From assembly GCA_964599215.1 (NCBI GenBank), contig CAZRDV010000006.1:1-55206 (forward strand): a stretch of 55,206 nucleotides of DNA. Reading direction: 5' to 3'. The notes under the pieces are model-generated. The model was not told the origin of the DNA. It searched no databases and saw only the letters and a list, made by a program, of their open reading frames with translations. Position numbers and translations under genes: made by a program. This DNA is from an uncultured archaeon (GTDB lineage: Archaea > Aenigmatarchaeota > Aenigmatarchaeia > GW2011-AR5). Positions 1 through 8,966 of this stretch are shown here, piece by piece (positions within the stretch are counted from its first letter, which is position 1; each line of letters starts with the position of its first letter).

Positions 1-250
1 GCTGGAAAGCAGAGAAAGCCCTTGGCCCTATGTTGCCTGTTATCACTGCATCAACTTCCTTTTCTGCGACAAACTGCGCAGCAGTCATGCCTGCGCCTCC
101 CATCTGGCTTGCGCTCGTATTCTCCAGTGCCTCGCTGCTCTTTATCTCGCCGTTCTCAAGCTCTGCTATAACAAAATACGGGCATCTCCCGAATCTTTCA
201 TCAACAGCACTGTCTAAATTGCCTCCTGTTGAACTTACAGCTATTTTCAT
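1..250 (-). CDS. NifB/NifX (dinitrogenase FeMo-cofactor biosynthesis-like) family protein, 3' end outside window
   Basis: Not in the ORF track. Minus strand from ATG at 250 reads MKIAVSSTGGNLDSAVDERFGRCPYFVI...GGAGMTAAQFVAEKEVDAVITGNIGPRA, with the typical RFGRC and GGAG/GxxGP motifs. Confidence 0.9.
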   Translation of the reverse strand, partial: MKIAVSSTGGNLDSAVDERFGRCPYFVIAELENGEIKSSEALENTSASQMGGAGMTAAQFVAEKEVDAVITGNIGPRAFSAFQ

Positions 251-903
251 TTTTCCACCTCCGCTTTATTTCTACTATCCTTTCTAGCTTTGATTACTAC
301 AAACGAACCTTTACCATAGCCTGGTTTTATTGGTTCAACAGACCGTATCTCTGATAAATTATGAAATATAGTCTGGTTAAAATCAAAGTTTCTGAAACCT
401 GCATTTTCCAAATGCTTAACCACTTCATCAACCGAATAAAAGTTTGCCACCCCATAAAAAACACTTTTTTCTTTACGTTTCTTATACAATCTCCCAATTT
501 CGCTTTCTTTATCAATAAAACCATCTATAAAATAACCATCATGTCCTAATATTCTATATACTTCACTGAAGGCAGCATCTACATCATCAAGAAAACAAAG
601 GGTAGTAACCATCAATGCATAATCAAATGTTTCATCACTATATGGAATATTCTCAGCTACGCCATCTACAACCTCAATACCCCTGTTCTTAGCAATCAAT
701 CTCATCTTTGGTGAGGGTTCAATACCGAATCTAACACCTAATGGGACTGCAAATCTGGCACTACCAACACCAATCTCAATACCGTTACCCTCTTTTGGGA
801 GCATTGCTCTTACAGCCCGGAGTTCAGATTCATAAGCAAACCTGTTTTCATCAAACCAAGCCTCATATTCTGAGGCATGTTCTTCAAATGGCTTTATCTT
901 CAT
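247..903 (-). CDS. Class I SAM-dependent methyltransferase
   Basis: Motif I EIGVGSARFA, GIEPS, VAENIPY..ETFD; ATG at 903 preferred. Confidence 0.85.
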   Translation of the reverse strand: MKIKPFEEHASEYEAWFDENRFAYESELRAVRAMLPKEGNGIEIGVGSARFAVPLGVRFGIEPSPKMRLIAKNRGIEVVDGVAENIPYSDETFDYALMVTTLCFLDDVDAAFSEVYRILGHDGYFIDGFIDKESEIGRLYKKRKEKSVFYGVANFYSVDEVVKHLENAGFRNFDFNQTIFHNLSEIRSVEPIKPGYGKGSFVVIKARKDSRNKAEVEK

Positions 904-923
904 TTTAATCACGATAATACTAT

Positions 924-1262
924 TTACATTGGTCTTACAAAATCATAAAACCCCCTTCCTATCAACCAGTTACCGTAAGATGGAATTGAATCGAAACTAG
1001 TTACGGGATTCCCAGTAACGGACTCTACAAGGAAATCGTTTTTTAAGAGGTTTGGCTCATGTGGTTTTTCTGTTAATATCTCATATGCTTCATTAATCAG
1101 GCACGCTTGCTTTCCTAAAGCAGGGTCGTTTAGATACAGGTCCGGATGATATCTCCGAATTACGGACCAGTATGCACGCTTTATTGCATCATTGTCAGCT
1201 TCTATACCAATACCTAATACACTCCTTGCTCTGCTAAATATCTCATCGTTCTGGGACCACAT
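924..1262 (-). CDS. Stand-alone J-domain (DnaJ-like) protein
   Basis: VLGI...IKRAY...RYHPD...INEAYEIL with intact HPD; ATG at 1262 just after the DUF134 stop. Confidence 0.75.
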   Translation of the reverse strand: MWSQNDEIFSRARSVLGIGIEADNDAIKRAYWSVIRRYHPDLYLNDPALGKQACLINEAYEILTEKPHEPNLLKNDFLVESVTGNPVTSFDSIPSYGNWLIGRGFYDFVRPM

Positions 1263-1267
1263 GCTTC

Positions 1268-1726
1268 TTACTCTCTTTTCATTGAAGATCCGCACTTGGG
1301 GCATTTCTGCTGGTAACAGGGCACGCCTATCTGGTGGACGTCCTTAGCTCCACACTTAGGACAGATACAACTGCCTCCGGGCCCTGCAGCAAATCCTCCC
1401 ATTCTGCCCCTTCCGGGACCGCGACCTAAACCTCTTCCTGGCATCATTTTATATACACCTCCTTTAATCTTAATCGCCTTGCCGTTGACCAGGGCGTCAG
1501 CTATCTGTTTCCTTGCTGAGAGCAGCATCCGATGGAATGTCGGCTGCGATATGCCCATTTTCTTTGCTGCTGCTTCCTGGTCCATTTCTTCATAATCATT
1601 TAATCGCACTGCCTCCAGCTCATCCATGGTAAGCAGCGACTCAGCTAAGCGAACTGCTCCTCGCGGCCTGAAGTAGGTAACACCAGGAGCAAATCTTATT
1701 CTTCTCGTTATCCTTGGTCTTGGCAT
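1268..1726 (-). CDS. DUF134 (UPF0251) HTH protein with C-terminal Cys-rich zinc ribbon
   Basis: MPRP.., ELEAVRL.D, QEAAAKKMGISQPTF HTH, C-terminal CICPKCG...CYQQKCPKCG. Confidence 0.9.
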   Translation of the reverse strand: MPRPRITRRIRFAPGVTYFRPRGAVRLAESLLTMDELEAVRLNDYEEMDQEAAAKKMGISQPTFHRMLLSARKQIADALVNGKAIKIKGGVYKMMPGRGLGRGPGRGRMGGFAAGPGGSCICPKCGAKDVHQIGVPCYQQKCPKCGSSMKRE

Positions 1727-1751
1727 ACCTTTCACCTTTTCCTATTCGTTT

Positions 1752-2057
1752 TTATTCCAGTTTCTCCAGAGCCTCTTTTACGGTCATGCCGGACAATTCC
1801 TTGTATCCTATCCCCTTTTCTTTCAATGCACCTGTCATGTTTGACCCGAATCTGCCGCTGACAACCATGTCAATCTTTTCGTCAGCGAGCATTGAAGCAA
1901 CTGAAAAGCCAGCACCGCCACCGCCTATCCGGAAAGGATTCTTCATTACTTTTTTGAGTTCACCATTTTCGAAAATCAGGTAAAATGGTGCCCTGCCGCT
2001 TACCCCGCTTATCTGCGAATTCTCGTTGTCTCCATCAGAGGCTATTGCAACCTTCAT
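1752..2057 (-). CDS. NifB/NifX family protein
   Basis: MKVAIAS..GRAPFYLI..NPF..GGGAG..SGRFG. Confidence 0.85.
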   Translation of the reverse strand: MKVAIASDGDNENSQISGVSGRAPFYLIFENGELKKVMKNPFRIGGGGAGFSVASMLADEKIDMVVSGRFGSNMTGALKEKGIGYKELSGMTVKEALEKLE

Positions 2058-2557
2058 ACAAAACCACCCCTTTCCAATTCTTCGAATATAATTCCCTGAA
2101 CAATTGAAAACACTATCATGAGAGCCGTAAGTATTGCAGTAAAAGGGAGCCCGAAATAAAATATAAGCATAGGCATTAACGGGATCTTAACAGCCCTGTT
2201 GTAAAGAAAAGCAGCTATGAATCCGTAGCTGACTCCCTTTCTCTTGAGATCCTTCAGCAAGGGATACCACATGTAAATAGGTCCTGTTGATATAATACCG
2301 CCAACTATAGCTATTATCCATTTCTTTATGCCGGATGTCTTTCCTAGGTACCTGCTTATTGCCCTAGGACTTACAAAATAGTTGAATGCAGCCGTGATTG
2401 CAAAAATTAATGCAAAAATAGGAATTACGTTGATAATTATTTTTGATGAGAATTCGAGAGCAGGCGAAACCATATCCGGTCCTAATATTCCTGCAACAGC
2501 ATAAAGTATAACGACAACCAATAAAAAGTACCAGCCAGTATGACTATTCTCATTCAT
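2054..2557 (-). CDS. Predicted permease subunit (DUF318/ArsP-like)
   Basis: Hydrophobic; GIISTGPIYMWYPLL motif; overlaps neighbours by 4 nt. Confidence 0.7.
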   Translation of the reverse strand: MNENSHTGWYFLLVVVILYAVAGILGPDMVSPALEFSSKIIINVIPIFALIFAITAAFNYFVSPRAISRYLGKTSGIKKWIIAIVGGIISTGPIYMWYPLLKDLKRKGVSYGFIAAFLYNRAVKIPLMPMLIFYFGLPFTAILTALMIVFSIVQGIIFEELERGGFV

Positions 2558-2976
2558 ATCAATCCCATTACAAAGACTGTTATAATTGCAACTATTACCG
2601 ACAGCACAAAACTGGTTGCATTCCGCAGAATCGCAAATCGCCTTCCAAGCAATAATGATTCTGCAGGCATCTGAACAATACCAACAGTGACCCAGGCAAC
2701 TATGAATGCTGTAACTGCAACAAGGCTTACTCCCTGTGCTAAGAATTCTCCACCAAGTATGTAGCTTGTTATAGGATTGCCTATAAGCACGCTTCCAATA
2801 CCGCTGCCGATAATCGAATCAGAAACAATATTATTGCTGAAAAGTGCAGCATAGGCAGTCCTTGGTATCATCGCATTTACTAATCCAATAAGCAGAATAA
2901 TGCCTAAAAAAACCGGTATGTTGTTGTAAATAGCTTTGCCTGCCTTTGATACGGCCTCTTTAGCCTTGCCCATCAT
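2554..2976 (-). CDS. Predicted permease subunit (DUF318/ArsP-like)
   Basis: Hydrophobic; GNPITSYILGGE..GVS.AVTAFI..WVTVG motif. Confidence 0.7.
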   Translation of the reverse strand: MMGKAKEAVSKAGKAIYNNIPVFLGIILLIGLVNAMIPRTAYAALFSNNIVSDSIIGSGIGSVLIGNPITSYILGGEFLAQGVSLVAVTAFIVAWVTVGIVQMPAESLLLGRRFAILRNATSFVLSVIVAIITVFVMGLI

Positions 2977-3065
2977 TATCCCTCAGTAATTAGTAAACAT
3001 AGAATAGAAAGCCCTAGGCTCTATGCTAGAGTTTTGTTTTGCTTATGCCTTCTTTCCGTGCTTAC

Positions 3066-3443
3066 TTATTTTTTCTTTTTTTCAAGCTCTTTAAGTCTTG
3101 CATCTATTGCTTTCAGGTCTTCTGCTATTGCCGTTCTCTCAGCTTCAATTGCATCTTTTTCAGCCCTCAGGTTAGCTATTTCTTCTGATTTTGTTGGCTG
3201 CGGCACTGCTTGTGCCTGCGGTACTGCTGGTACTGAATACCATGCATCTTGTGGCATTGCCTGTCTTCGCCATGCGAATCCACGGCCGAAGCCTCTTCCG
3301 AATCCGCGGCCGAAACCACGACCGAAACCAAAGCCTGGTCCAGTATTCATGTAGCCAGGTGCATCAAAGCCAGCGCAAAAGCCAGCTGCTCTTCCTGTTC
3401 TGGGTCCCATTCCCATTGGACCTGTTCTATCTCCTCTCGGCAT
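3066..3443 (-). CDS. DUF5320 family protein
   Basis: MPRGDRTGPMGMGPRTGR..GFC, GFGR repeats, C-terminal coiled coil. Confidence 0.9.
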   Translation of the reverse strand: MPRGDRTGPMGMGPRTGRAAGFCAGFDAPGYMNTGPGFGFGRGFGRGFGRGFGRGFAWRRQAMPQDAWYSVPAVPQAQAVPQPTKSEEIANLRAEKDAIEAERTAIAEDLKAIDARLKELEKKKK

Positions 3444-3465
3444 AACTCTCACCTCTTTATTTTGA

Positions 3466-3512
3466 ATATAATGAATACCTATTCATTATATGTTATGAAT
3501 ATGTATTCATAA
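3466..3512. promoter_or_regulatory. Tandem palindromic operators ATGAATA-NN-TATTCAT
   Basis: Perfect inverted repeats atataatgaata-cc-tattcattatat (3466-3491) and ttatgaata-tg-tattcataa (3493-3512), just downstream of a minus-strand TATA box (TTTAAATA, 3515-3522). Confidence 0.8.
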
Positions 3513-3579
3513 ACTATTTAAAGGTATTGGGTAGGGGGAGGTTATGTAAACGCTTAGGGTATGTCTTATTAAAGACTTA

Positions 3580-3603
3580 AATAGTTAGGCATACCTAACT
3601 ATT
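3580..3603. promoter_or_regulatory. Putative DtxR/MntR-family operator
   Basis: Perfect IR aatagttagg-cata-cctaactatt overlapping the TATA-like cttaaata (3576-3583), 4 nt before the DtxR-family ATG; TTAGG/CCTAA half-sites resemble DtxR boxes. Confidence 0.8.
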
Positions 3604-3607
3604 AGTT

Positions 3608-3982
3608 ATGACTCGAGAAATAAAGCTTTCACAGAGTCTTGAAGACTATCTGGAAATAATATATTTGCTGAAGAAAGAAAAGGGCAATGTAAGGGTCAAA
3701 GACGTAGCTCTAAATCTTAATGTTAGCCTGCCAAGTGTAACAGAGATGATAAGAAAGCTCGCAAAAAAGGGATTTGTTAGATATAAAAGATACGGCATGA
3801 TTGAACTTACAATAAGCGGAGGGGTTATAGCAAGAAATACATATAGAAAACATAAGTTACTAGCTAAATTCTTCTTATCGCTTGGTATTGATGAAAAAAC
3901 AGCACTACACGACTCCTGCCTTGCTGAACACATACTCAGCAAAAAAACCTTAAACAAAATAGAGGAATTTGTAAAGAAGTGA
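3608..3982 (+). CDS. DtxR/MntR family metal-dependent repressor
   Basis: SLEDYLEIIY, VSLPSVTEM wHTH, RKHKLL..F, SCLAEH metal-site residues. Confidence 0.92.
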   Translation: MTREIKLSQSLEDYLEIIYLLKKEKGNVRVKDVALNLNVSLPSVTEMIRKLAKKGFVRYKRYGMIELTISGGVIARNTYRKHKLLAKFFLSLGIDEKTALHDSCLAEHILSKKTLNKIEEFVKK

Positions 3983-4233
3983 AACAAATGGAAGTGTCTT
4001 TATTACAATTACAATCAGGTAGAAGAGCAAGAATAAAATACTTGGGAGGTGGGTTAGCGTTCCAAAGAAAACTTGCATCCCTAAACATCAGAATCGGTAA
4101 AACAATTAAAAAAATAGCAGCGCAACCGTTTGGGGGCCCTGTCGTTATAGAAATTGGTAACACAAGAGTTACTCTAGGAAGGGGTATAGCAATGAGAATT
4201 CTTCTAGAGGTTGAAAATGAAAAAATTAAATAA
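3979..4233 (+). CDS. feoA: Ferrous iron transport protein A
   Basis: RKLASLNIRIG..QPFGGPVVIEIGNTRVTLGRGIA; directly upstream of feoB. Confidence 0.92.
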   Translation: MKQMEVSLLQLQSGRRARIKYLGGGLAFQRKLASLNIRIGKTIKKIAAQPFGGPVVIEIGNTRVTLGRGIAMRILLEVENEKIK

Positions 4234-5926
4234 GGTACTCCTGATAGGAAATCCAAATGTTGGAAAGAGTGCTTTCTTTTCCAGGTTAACAGGCGTAAAT
4301 GTTATAATCTCAAATTACCCCGGGACTACTGTCGAGCTTAAGAAGGGTAAAATGAAGCTTGGTAGAAAACTTGTAGAAGTTGTTGATGTTCCGGGCACAT
4401 ATAACTTAGAACCAACCTCTAAAGCAGAAGAAGTTGCAGTTAAGATGCTGAAAACCGGGGATTTGGTCATTAATGTAGTTGATGCAACAAATCTAGAAAG
4501 GAATTTATATCTGACATTTCAGCTTTTAGAAAAAAATATACCAGTAGTTATAGCACTTAATTTTTGGGATGAAACGAGGCATAAGGGAATTGATGTCGAT
4601 GTAAAAAAACTCGCTCAACTTTTAAAAGTTCCTGTAGTGCCGACAGTTGCTGTAACAGGAGAAGGAATAAAGGAGATTGTTTCTGCATTAAAAAAAGCCA
4701 AGACTCATGCTTATAAGCATACTGATAAAGAAAGGTGGGCTAAGGTTGGTAAAATAACAAAACAAGTTCAGAAAATTAAGCGTAGGCACCATACTCCTTT
4801 AGAAAGATTGGAAGACCTTACAATAAAACCATTAACAGGTATACCAATAGCTCTCTTAACTATGTTGCTTACATTTTACATGATAAGGTTTATAGGTGAA
4901 AATTTAATCGCGTATATGTTTGAGCCTTTATTCAATTTATATCTCCCGATAGTAACAGGCTTGAGTGATATCTTGGGTTCTGGGTTTATTCATGATATTC
5001 TGATTGGGACATTGATAGGAGGGGAGATAGATTTTGTTCAATCAATGGGGTTGTTAACTACTGGCTTGTTTGTTCCATTTGCGATGGTTCTGCCCTATAT
5101 ATTTGCTTTCTATTTAGTTTTGGGTTTCTTAGAAGATATTGGTTATTTGCCAAGGCTTGCAACACTGGTAGATAATGTGATGCATAGAATAGGAATGCAC
5201 GGTTTGGCTATTATTCCAATGATGCTAGGCTTGGGTTGTAATGTCCCTGGAGCTTTATCTATAAGAATCTTGGAAACAAAGAGACAAAGATTTATTGCTG
5301 CAACACTAATGGCTATTGCAGTACCCTGTATGGCCCAGATTGCCATGGTCTTTGGTTTACTTGGTGGATATGGCATACAGGGTTTGGGCATACTCTTTTT
5401 TACTCTTTTCACAGTCTGGGTTGTACTCGGTTTTCTTCTTAACAGACTTATGAAGGGCGTAACTCCTGAAACCTTTACTGAAATCTCGCCTTATAGAATT
5501 CCTTATCTAAGAAGCTTGATTAAAAAGTTATGGATGAGATTAAGAAGTTTTCTGACTACAGCAATTCCCTTTGTGTTGTTAGGGGTATTTATTGTGAATA
5601 TTCTATATATTTCAGGGATAATCAGCTTTATAAGCAATATTACAGCCCCTGTAGTAGTTGGTGTATTAGGCTTGCCAAAGGAAGCTATTGCATCTTTGGT
5701 AATAGGCTTTCTAAGAAAGGATGTTGCTGTTGGTATGTTATTGCCTTTGGGCTTGACCATGAAACAGCTAATAATCGCTAGTGCTGTGCTGACAATGTAC
5801 TTCCCGTGTATTGCAACTTTCATTGTTTTGTTCAGAGAACTTGGAATAAAAGCTATGTTAAAATCTTCTCTCATCATGCTTATTGTGACTTTGTTTGTTG
5901 GGGGAATTCTCAATCTTTTGCTTTAG
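4217..5926 (+). CDS. feoB: Ferrous iron transport protein B
   Basis: G1 GNPNVGKS, NYPGTTVE, DVPG, NFWD; membrane domain with GLGCNVP and YFPCIA. Confidence 0.97.
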   Translation: MKKLNKVLLIGNPNVGKSAFFSRLTGVNVIISNYPGTTVELKKGKMKLGRKLVEVVDVPGTYNLEPTSKAEEVAVKMLKTGDLVINVVDATNLERNLYLTFQLLEKNIPVVIALNFWDETRHKGIDVDVKKLAQLLKVPVVPTVAVTGEGIKEIVSALKKAKTHAYKHTDKERWAKVGKITKQVQKIKRRHHTPLERLEDLTIKPLTGIPIALLTMLLTFYMIRFIGENLIAYMFEPLFNLYLPIVTGLSDILGSGFIHDILIGTLIGGEIDFVQSMGLLTTGLFVPFAMVLPYIFAFYLVLGFLEDIGYLPRLATLVDNVMHRIGMHGLAIIPMMLGLGCNVPGALSIRILETKRQRFIAATLMAIAVPCMAQIAMVFGLLGGYGIQGLGILFFTLFTVWVVLGFLLNRLMKGVTPETFTEISPYRIPYLRSLIKKLWMRLRSFLTTAIPFVLLGVFIVNILYISGIISFISNITAPVVVGVLGLPKEAIASLVIGFLRKDVAVGMLLPLGLTMKQLIIASAVLTMYFPCIATFIVLFRELGIKAMLKSSLIMLIVTLFVGGILNLLL

Positions 5927-6022
5927 AAATCATATTATAGCCCAGAAATAGTGTAATTAATAACTGTACAAGAAGCAGAACTTTGATAAAATCCTTAAAT
6001 AACTAATTATAATAGATATATC

Positions 6023-6256
6023 ATGCTCGGAAGACTCTTAGGTCTGTCTAAAAAATGCTTTTTTTGTAAGAAAGCTATTAACAGGGAGCAGATTACTGCT
6101 GATGTAAAGGTGCCCGGACTGGTAGGTCTGCATGAGAGACATTTCTGTTCTGATGACCATTATGCTAAATATCAAGCTTACATCAAAGAATATGAAAAGA
6201 AAAGGAAAATACCCATGAGCAACTGCTCTGTGTGCACTCGTTGTATGAAGAAATAA
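6023..6256 (+). CDS. Small Cys/His-rich metal-binding protein (TRASH/YHS-like)
   Basis: CFFC...HFCSDDH and C-terminal CSVCTRC; own TATA-like element near 5995. Confidence 0.6.
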   Translation: MLGRLLGLSKKCFFCKKAINREQITADVKVPGLVGLHERHFCSDDHYAKYQAYIKEYEKKRKIPMSNCSVCTRCMKK

Positions 6257-6330
6257 TTCCCATGACCCAGCTTTGTGTAGAAAGAATTAGTTTCTTAAGT
6301 TTTTCTGGTATGCAGGATTAAGGTGAATAC

Positions 6331-6849
6331 ATGCCTGTTGGAGACGTAGATTATATTGACCGGGAGTTTGAGCAGGTGTTCAGGAATAATGAGGTGCCAA
6401 AAGAATTGCTAGTAATAGCCAAAAAATACCGGCCATTTGTAAAGTTTGCTGTTTATGATGAATTAGGTCATAAGCACCAGTCAGATGGTGAAATAAAACT
6501 ATTCGCATTAAAGGCGCAAACCAGCGGAGAACTGGGAAAGGTAAGGTTTGTTTCAAGAAAATTCGCTGATATCATAGACGCCAATTATGCAGCTAGGTCT
6601 AAAGCAAAGACCTATTCGTATTTTGTAGCAATCAACAAAAATCTGGCAACAAAAGAACAGCTGGAGAGTTATCCAACAAGAGAAAGCGTTGCAGAGCATG
6701 TATGCTCAATTCTTCAAGAGATGGATTATAAAACAAGCTATGCTTCTGATGGGGAAATAATCCTAAACAGACCATTAAAGTATATGGACCGTAAGAGATT
6801 GGACAAGGAGGTCGGGCCACCGCTAGTACTATCAGATGATACCATTTGA
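6331..6849 (+). CDS. Hypothetical protein
   Basis: 172-aa ORF with SD-like aggtga upstream; no recognised motif. Confidence 0.6.
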   Translation: MPVGDVDYIDREFEQVFRNNEVPKELLVIAKKYRPFVKFAVYDELGHKHQSDGEIKLFALKAQTSGELGKVRFVSRKFADIIDANYAARSKAKTYSYFVAINKNLATKEQLESYPTRESVAEHVCSILQEMDYKTSYASDGEIILNRPLKYMDRKRLDKEVGPPLVLSDDTI

Positions 6850-6886
6850 TAGTTGTGCTTATATACCCGCACCCACTATTATTACT

Positions 6887-7273
6887 ATGAAAAAAGGCAA
6901 GAATCGTAACAAGCTTTCTATTGAGCTTACGAAAGTCAAGCCCAGGGAGGAGCAAGAGAAGTTCTTTGTACGGTTCTCAAAAACTCAGGTTAATGCAGTA
7001 CTGATGATAATACTTTCTGCTACTTTCCTTGTCCAGGGTATCGTGAGGTACCTGGACATAGTTGGGAAGATAGAATTCCTAAGACCCTGGTTCATCCTGG
7101 TGCTTCTAGCCATGATTTCCCTGGTAACATCCGTGGTTATAATTAACCTGGAAGGCATTGTATGCTCATTGAAAAACAAGAGGAAACTGAATCTGATAAG
7201 CTTTAACACGTTTATTCTAGGGTTTGTACTGTTTCTGCTATCGCTGCTGTTCCTGATGCTGGTTGTAATCTAA
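6887..7273 (+). CDS. Hypothetical membrane protein (3 TM)
   Basis: Three hydrophobic segments; ATG 6887 follows TATA-like cttatata. Confidence 0.65.
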   Translation: MKKGKNRNKLSIELTKVKPREEQEKFFVRFSKTQVNAVLMIILSATFLVQGIVRYLDIVGKIEFLRPWFILVLLAMISLVTSVVIINLEGIVCSLKNKRKLNLISFNTFILGFVLFLLSLLFLMLVVI

Positions 7274-8055
7274 TCCCATTTATGCCTAGGATTCCTTGGT
7301 ATTATTATCCAGGCTATTATATAGGCAAGAACGCCTGAGCCCCAGGTAAGCGCAGCAACAACCCAGAGAAGGCGTATTATCACAGGATCTATCTTCAGGT
7401 ATTCTGCAATTCCTCCGCACACCCCGCCAAGTATTTTGTTCCTGCCTGACCTATAGAGCCTCTTATTCATATCTCTCTTCATAACGACACTCCTGATCTT
7501 TACTGGTTTCTCAAAGTACAGCCTCAGCAAGAGAACAATGTACCCGATAAAAAGAACAAACCAGAATATAAAATAAAGATTGGTTTCTATATAATAAAGA
7601 ATGCTGTAGATTATTGCTATTTCAAGGGATAGGTTTGCCACAGCTATTATATTTATCATCACCCACAGGGTTATTGTAACCCCTATTGCTGTAAAAATAG
7701 GTGATAGCGGCAGATACGATTTCGTGCAGTATCTCGATAGATAGGATTTATAAGAGAAGAATATAAGCATGAAGAAGAGCAAGCCCATGTTAGCTCTTAG
7801 GAATGCGCCTATTTTAGAAAAAATAACTATTCCTGTTGTCTCTGTAACATAGCCCAGCAGCCATATGATAAGAGCTAGTAGTAACAGACCGATTATGCTT
7901 GAGACAAGCGGGCCTATAATCCAGAAGGTCCTGTGAAACCAGCTGTCCCATTCATCGCCTTTTTTCTCAATGCGCTTTCCAAGGCGCTCTATCTCTTTTC
8001 CGAAGTTTTCCAGTCCCTGGTTAGCTTTTTTGCTGCTGCGTGATTTCCTAGCCAT
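7270..8055 (-). CDS. Membrane protein with C-terminal PspC domain
   Basis: KRLYRSGRNKILGGVCGGIAEYLKIDPVIIRLLW is a PspC signature. Confidence 0.88.
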   Translation of the reverse strand: MARKSRSSKKANQGLENFGKEIERLGKRIEKKGDEWDSWFHRTFWIIGPLVSSIIGLLLLALIIWLLGYVTETTGIVIFSKIGAFLRANMGLLFFMLIFFSYKSYLSRYCTKSYLPLSPIFTAIGVTITLWVMINIIAVANLSLEIAIIYSILYYIETNLYFIFWFVLFIGYIVLLLRLYFEKPVKIRSVVMKRDMNKRLYRSGRNKILGGVCGGIAEYLKIDPVIIRLLWVVAALTWGSGVLAYIIAWIIIPRNPRHKWD

Positions 8056-8110
8056 ACAACCTGAATAATATTGAATACTAGTTTTAAATCACTTTTCTTG
8101 CTTCCGGGCA

Positions 8111-8302
8111 TTAAAAATAGTCTTCTGACTTAAGGTAATATGAAAACTCCTCTCTTATTCTCTTCTTCTGCTCCTCTGTCAGATCATGGTAGAAAGTATC
8201 AATCGTTGAGCTAATCAAATCGTTTATTTTATTGCCCATGACCTCTTCACTCGCTATAAGCTTTATTATCTGAATGAAGAGCCTGAAACTTTCTTCATCC
8301 AT
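8111..8302 (-). CDS. Small helical hypothetical protein (paralog of 8362-8643)
   Basis: GGTGGA SD; shares M.EE.FRL and LT.EQK motifs with the neighbour. Confidence 0.7.
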   Translation of the reverse strand: MDEESFRLFIQIIKLIASEEVMGNKINDLISSTIDTFYHDLTEEQKKRIREEFSYYLKSEDYF

Positions 8303-8361
8303 AAATCCACCCTAGATAGTGCTCCCGTAAAGAAAAGCAACGAAAGAAAAAGGGAGCAGGA

Positions 8362-8643
8362 TCAAAGACCGATTTCGTCTCCGTTAAAGAAGGAATACAG
8401 AGCAGACCTGCCTTCTTCCTTCTCCATCCTGTCTATGAACTTAACCCTGTCCATCCTCTCTTTCCTTACCCTTTCGAAATTGAGGATTTCCTTCGTGACA
8501 GTGTTTTTTTGTTCAGTTGTAAGGTGCCTGTCAAAGTTTTTTATTATACGGTGGATTGCGACTTCTAGGTCAGAGTGTCTTAGGTCTTCGTCTTCCATGT
8601 TTCTTAGCAAGGCTGTCAGCAGCCTGAATTGTTCTTCCTGCAT
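8362..8643 (-). CDS. Small helical hypothetical protein (paralog of 8111-8302)
   Basis: Start moved to MQEEQFRL (ATG 8643) with GGTGGA SD at 8648-8653. Confidence 0.7.
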   Translation of the reverse strand: MQEEQFRLLTALLRNMEDEDLRHSDLEVAIHRIIKNFDRHLTTEQKNTVTKEILNFERVRKERMDRVKFIDRMEKEEGRSALYSFFNGDEIGL

Positions 8644-8876
8644 ATATTCCACCAATTCCCTCGATGTGGGAATTATATATAACTGAGAAGGAATATAAAT
8701 GTTTTTTGGGACTAATGTGGGAAATTTTACCCACAGGCAGTGCACAAAATGGGATGCTTGTGGGATAACCCACTTGGTGGGAGATACATATAAATACATT
8801 ACTGTCCTAAAAACTATAGGTTTAACCTACATAGAGTATTTATAGGGATAAGCTGTAGTTTAAATGGGGGATGGTC

Positions 8877-8966
8877 ATGCATGAATACTGTAATTTCTGC
8901 GGTTCAGAGCTGGTTAACTGGATCTGCCCTATCTGTTCCTCGAGATTGTTTTTTGACGTAGGCTAG
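8877..8966 (+). CDS. Zinc-finger micro-protein (29 aa)
   Basis: Below the ORF-track cutoff: MHEYCNFCGSELVNWICPICSSRLFFDVG; two CxxC knuckles, G-rich SD-like run and upstream TATA-like tttata. Confidence 0.65.
   Translation: MHEYCNFCGSELVNWICPICSSRLFFDVG

Noticed and set aside
1-2057. Nitrogen fixation inferred from NifB/NifX-family genes
   Set aside because: This small domain family is widespread in non-diazotrophs, and no nifHDK is present.
8320-8357. Short IR (tgctccc/gggagca) sharing gtaaagaaaag with the tRNA intron
   Set aside because: The match is only 11 low-complexity nucleotides; best explained as an oligo-T terminator on the minus strand.
8644-8799. N-terminal extension of ORF 8362-8799 given in the ORF track
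   Set aside because: The SD and paralog alignment support the start at 8643; the upstream part is promoter/repeat DNA.
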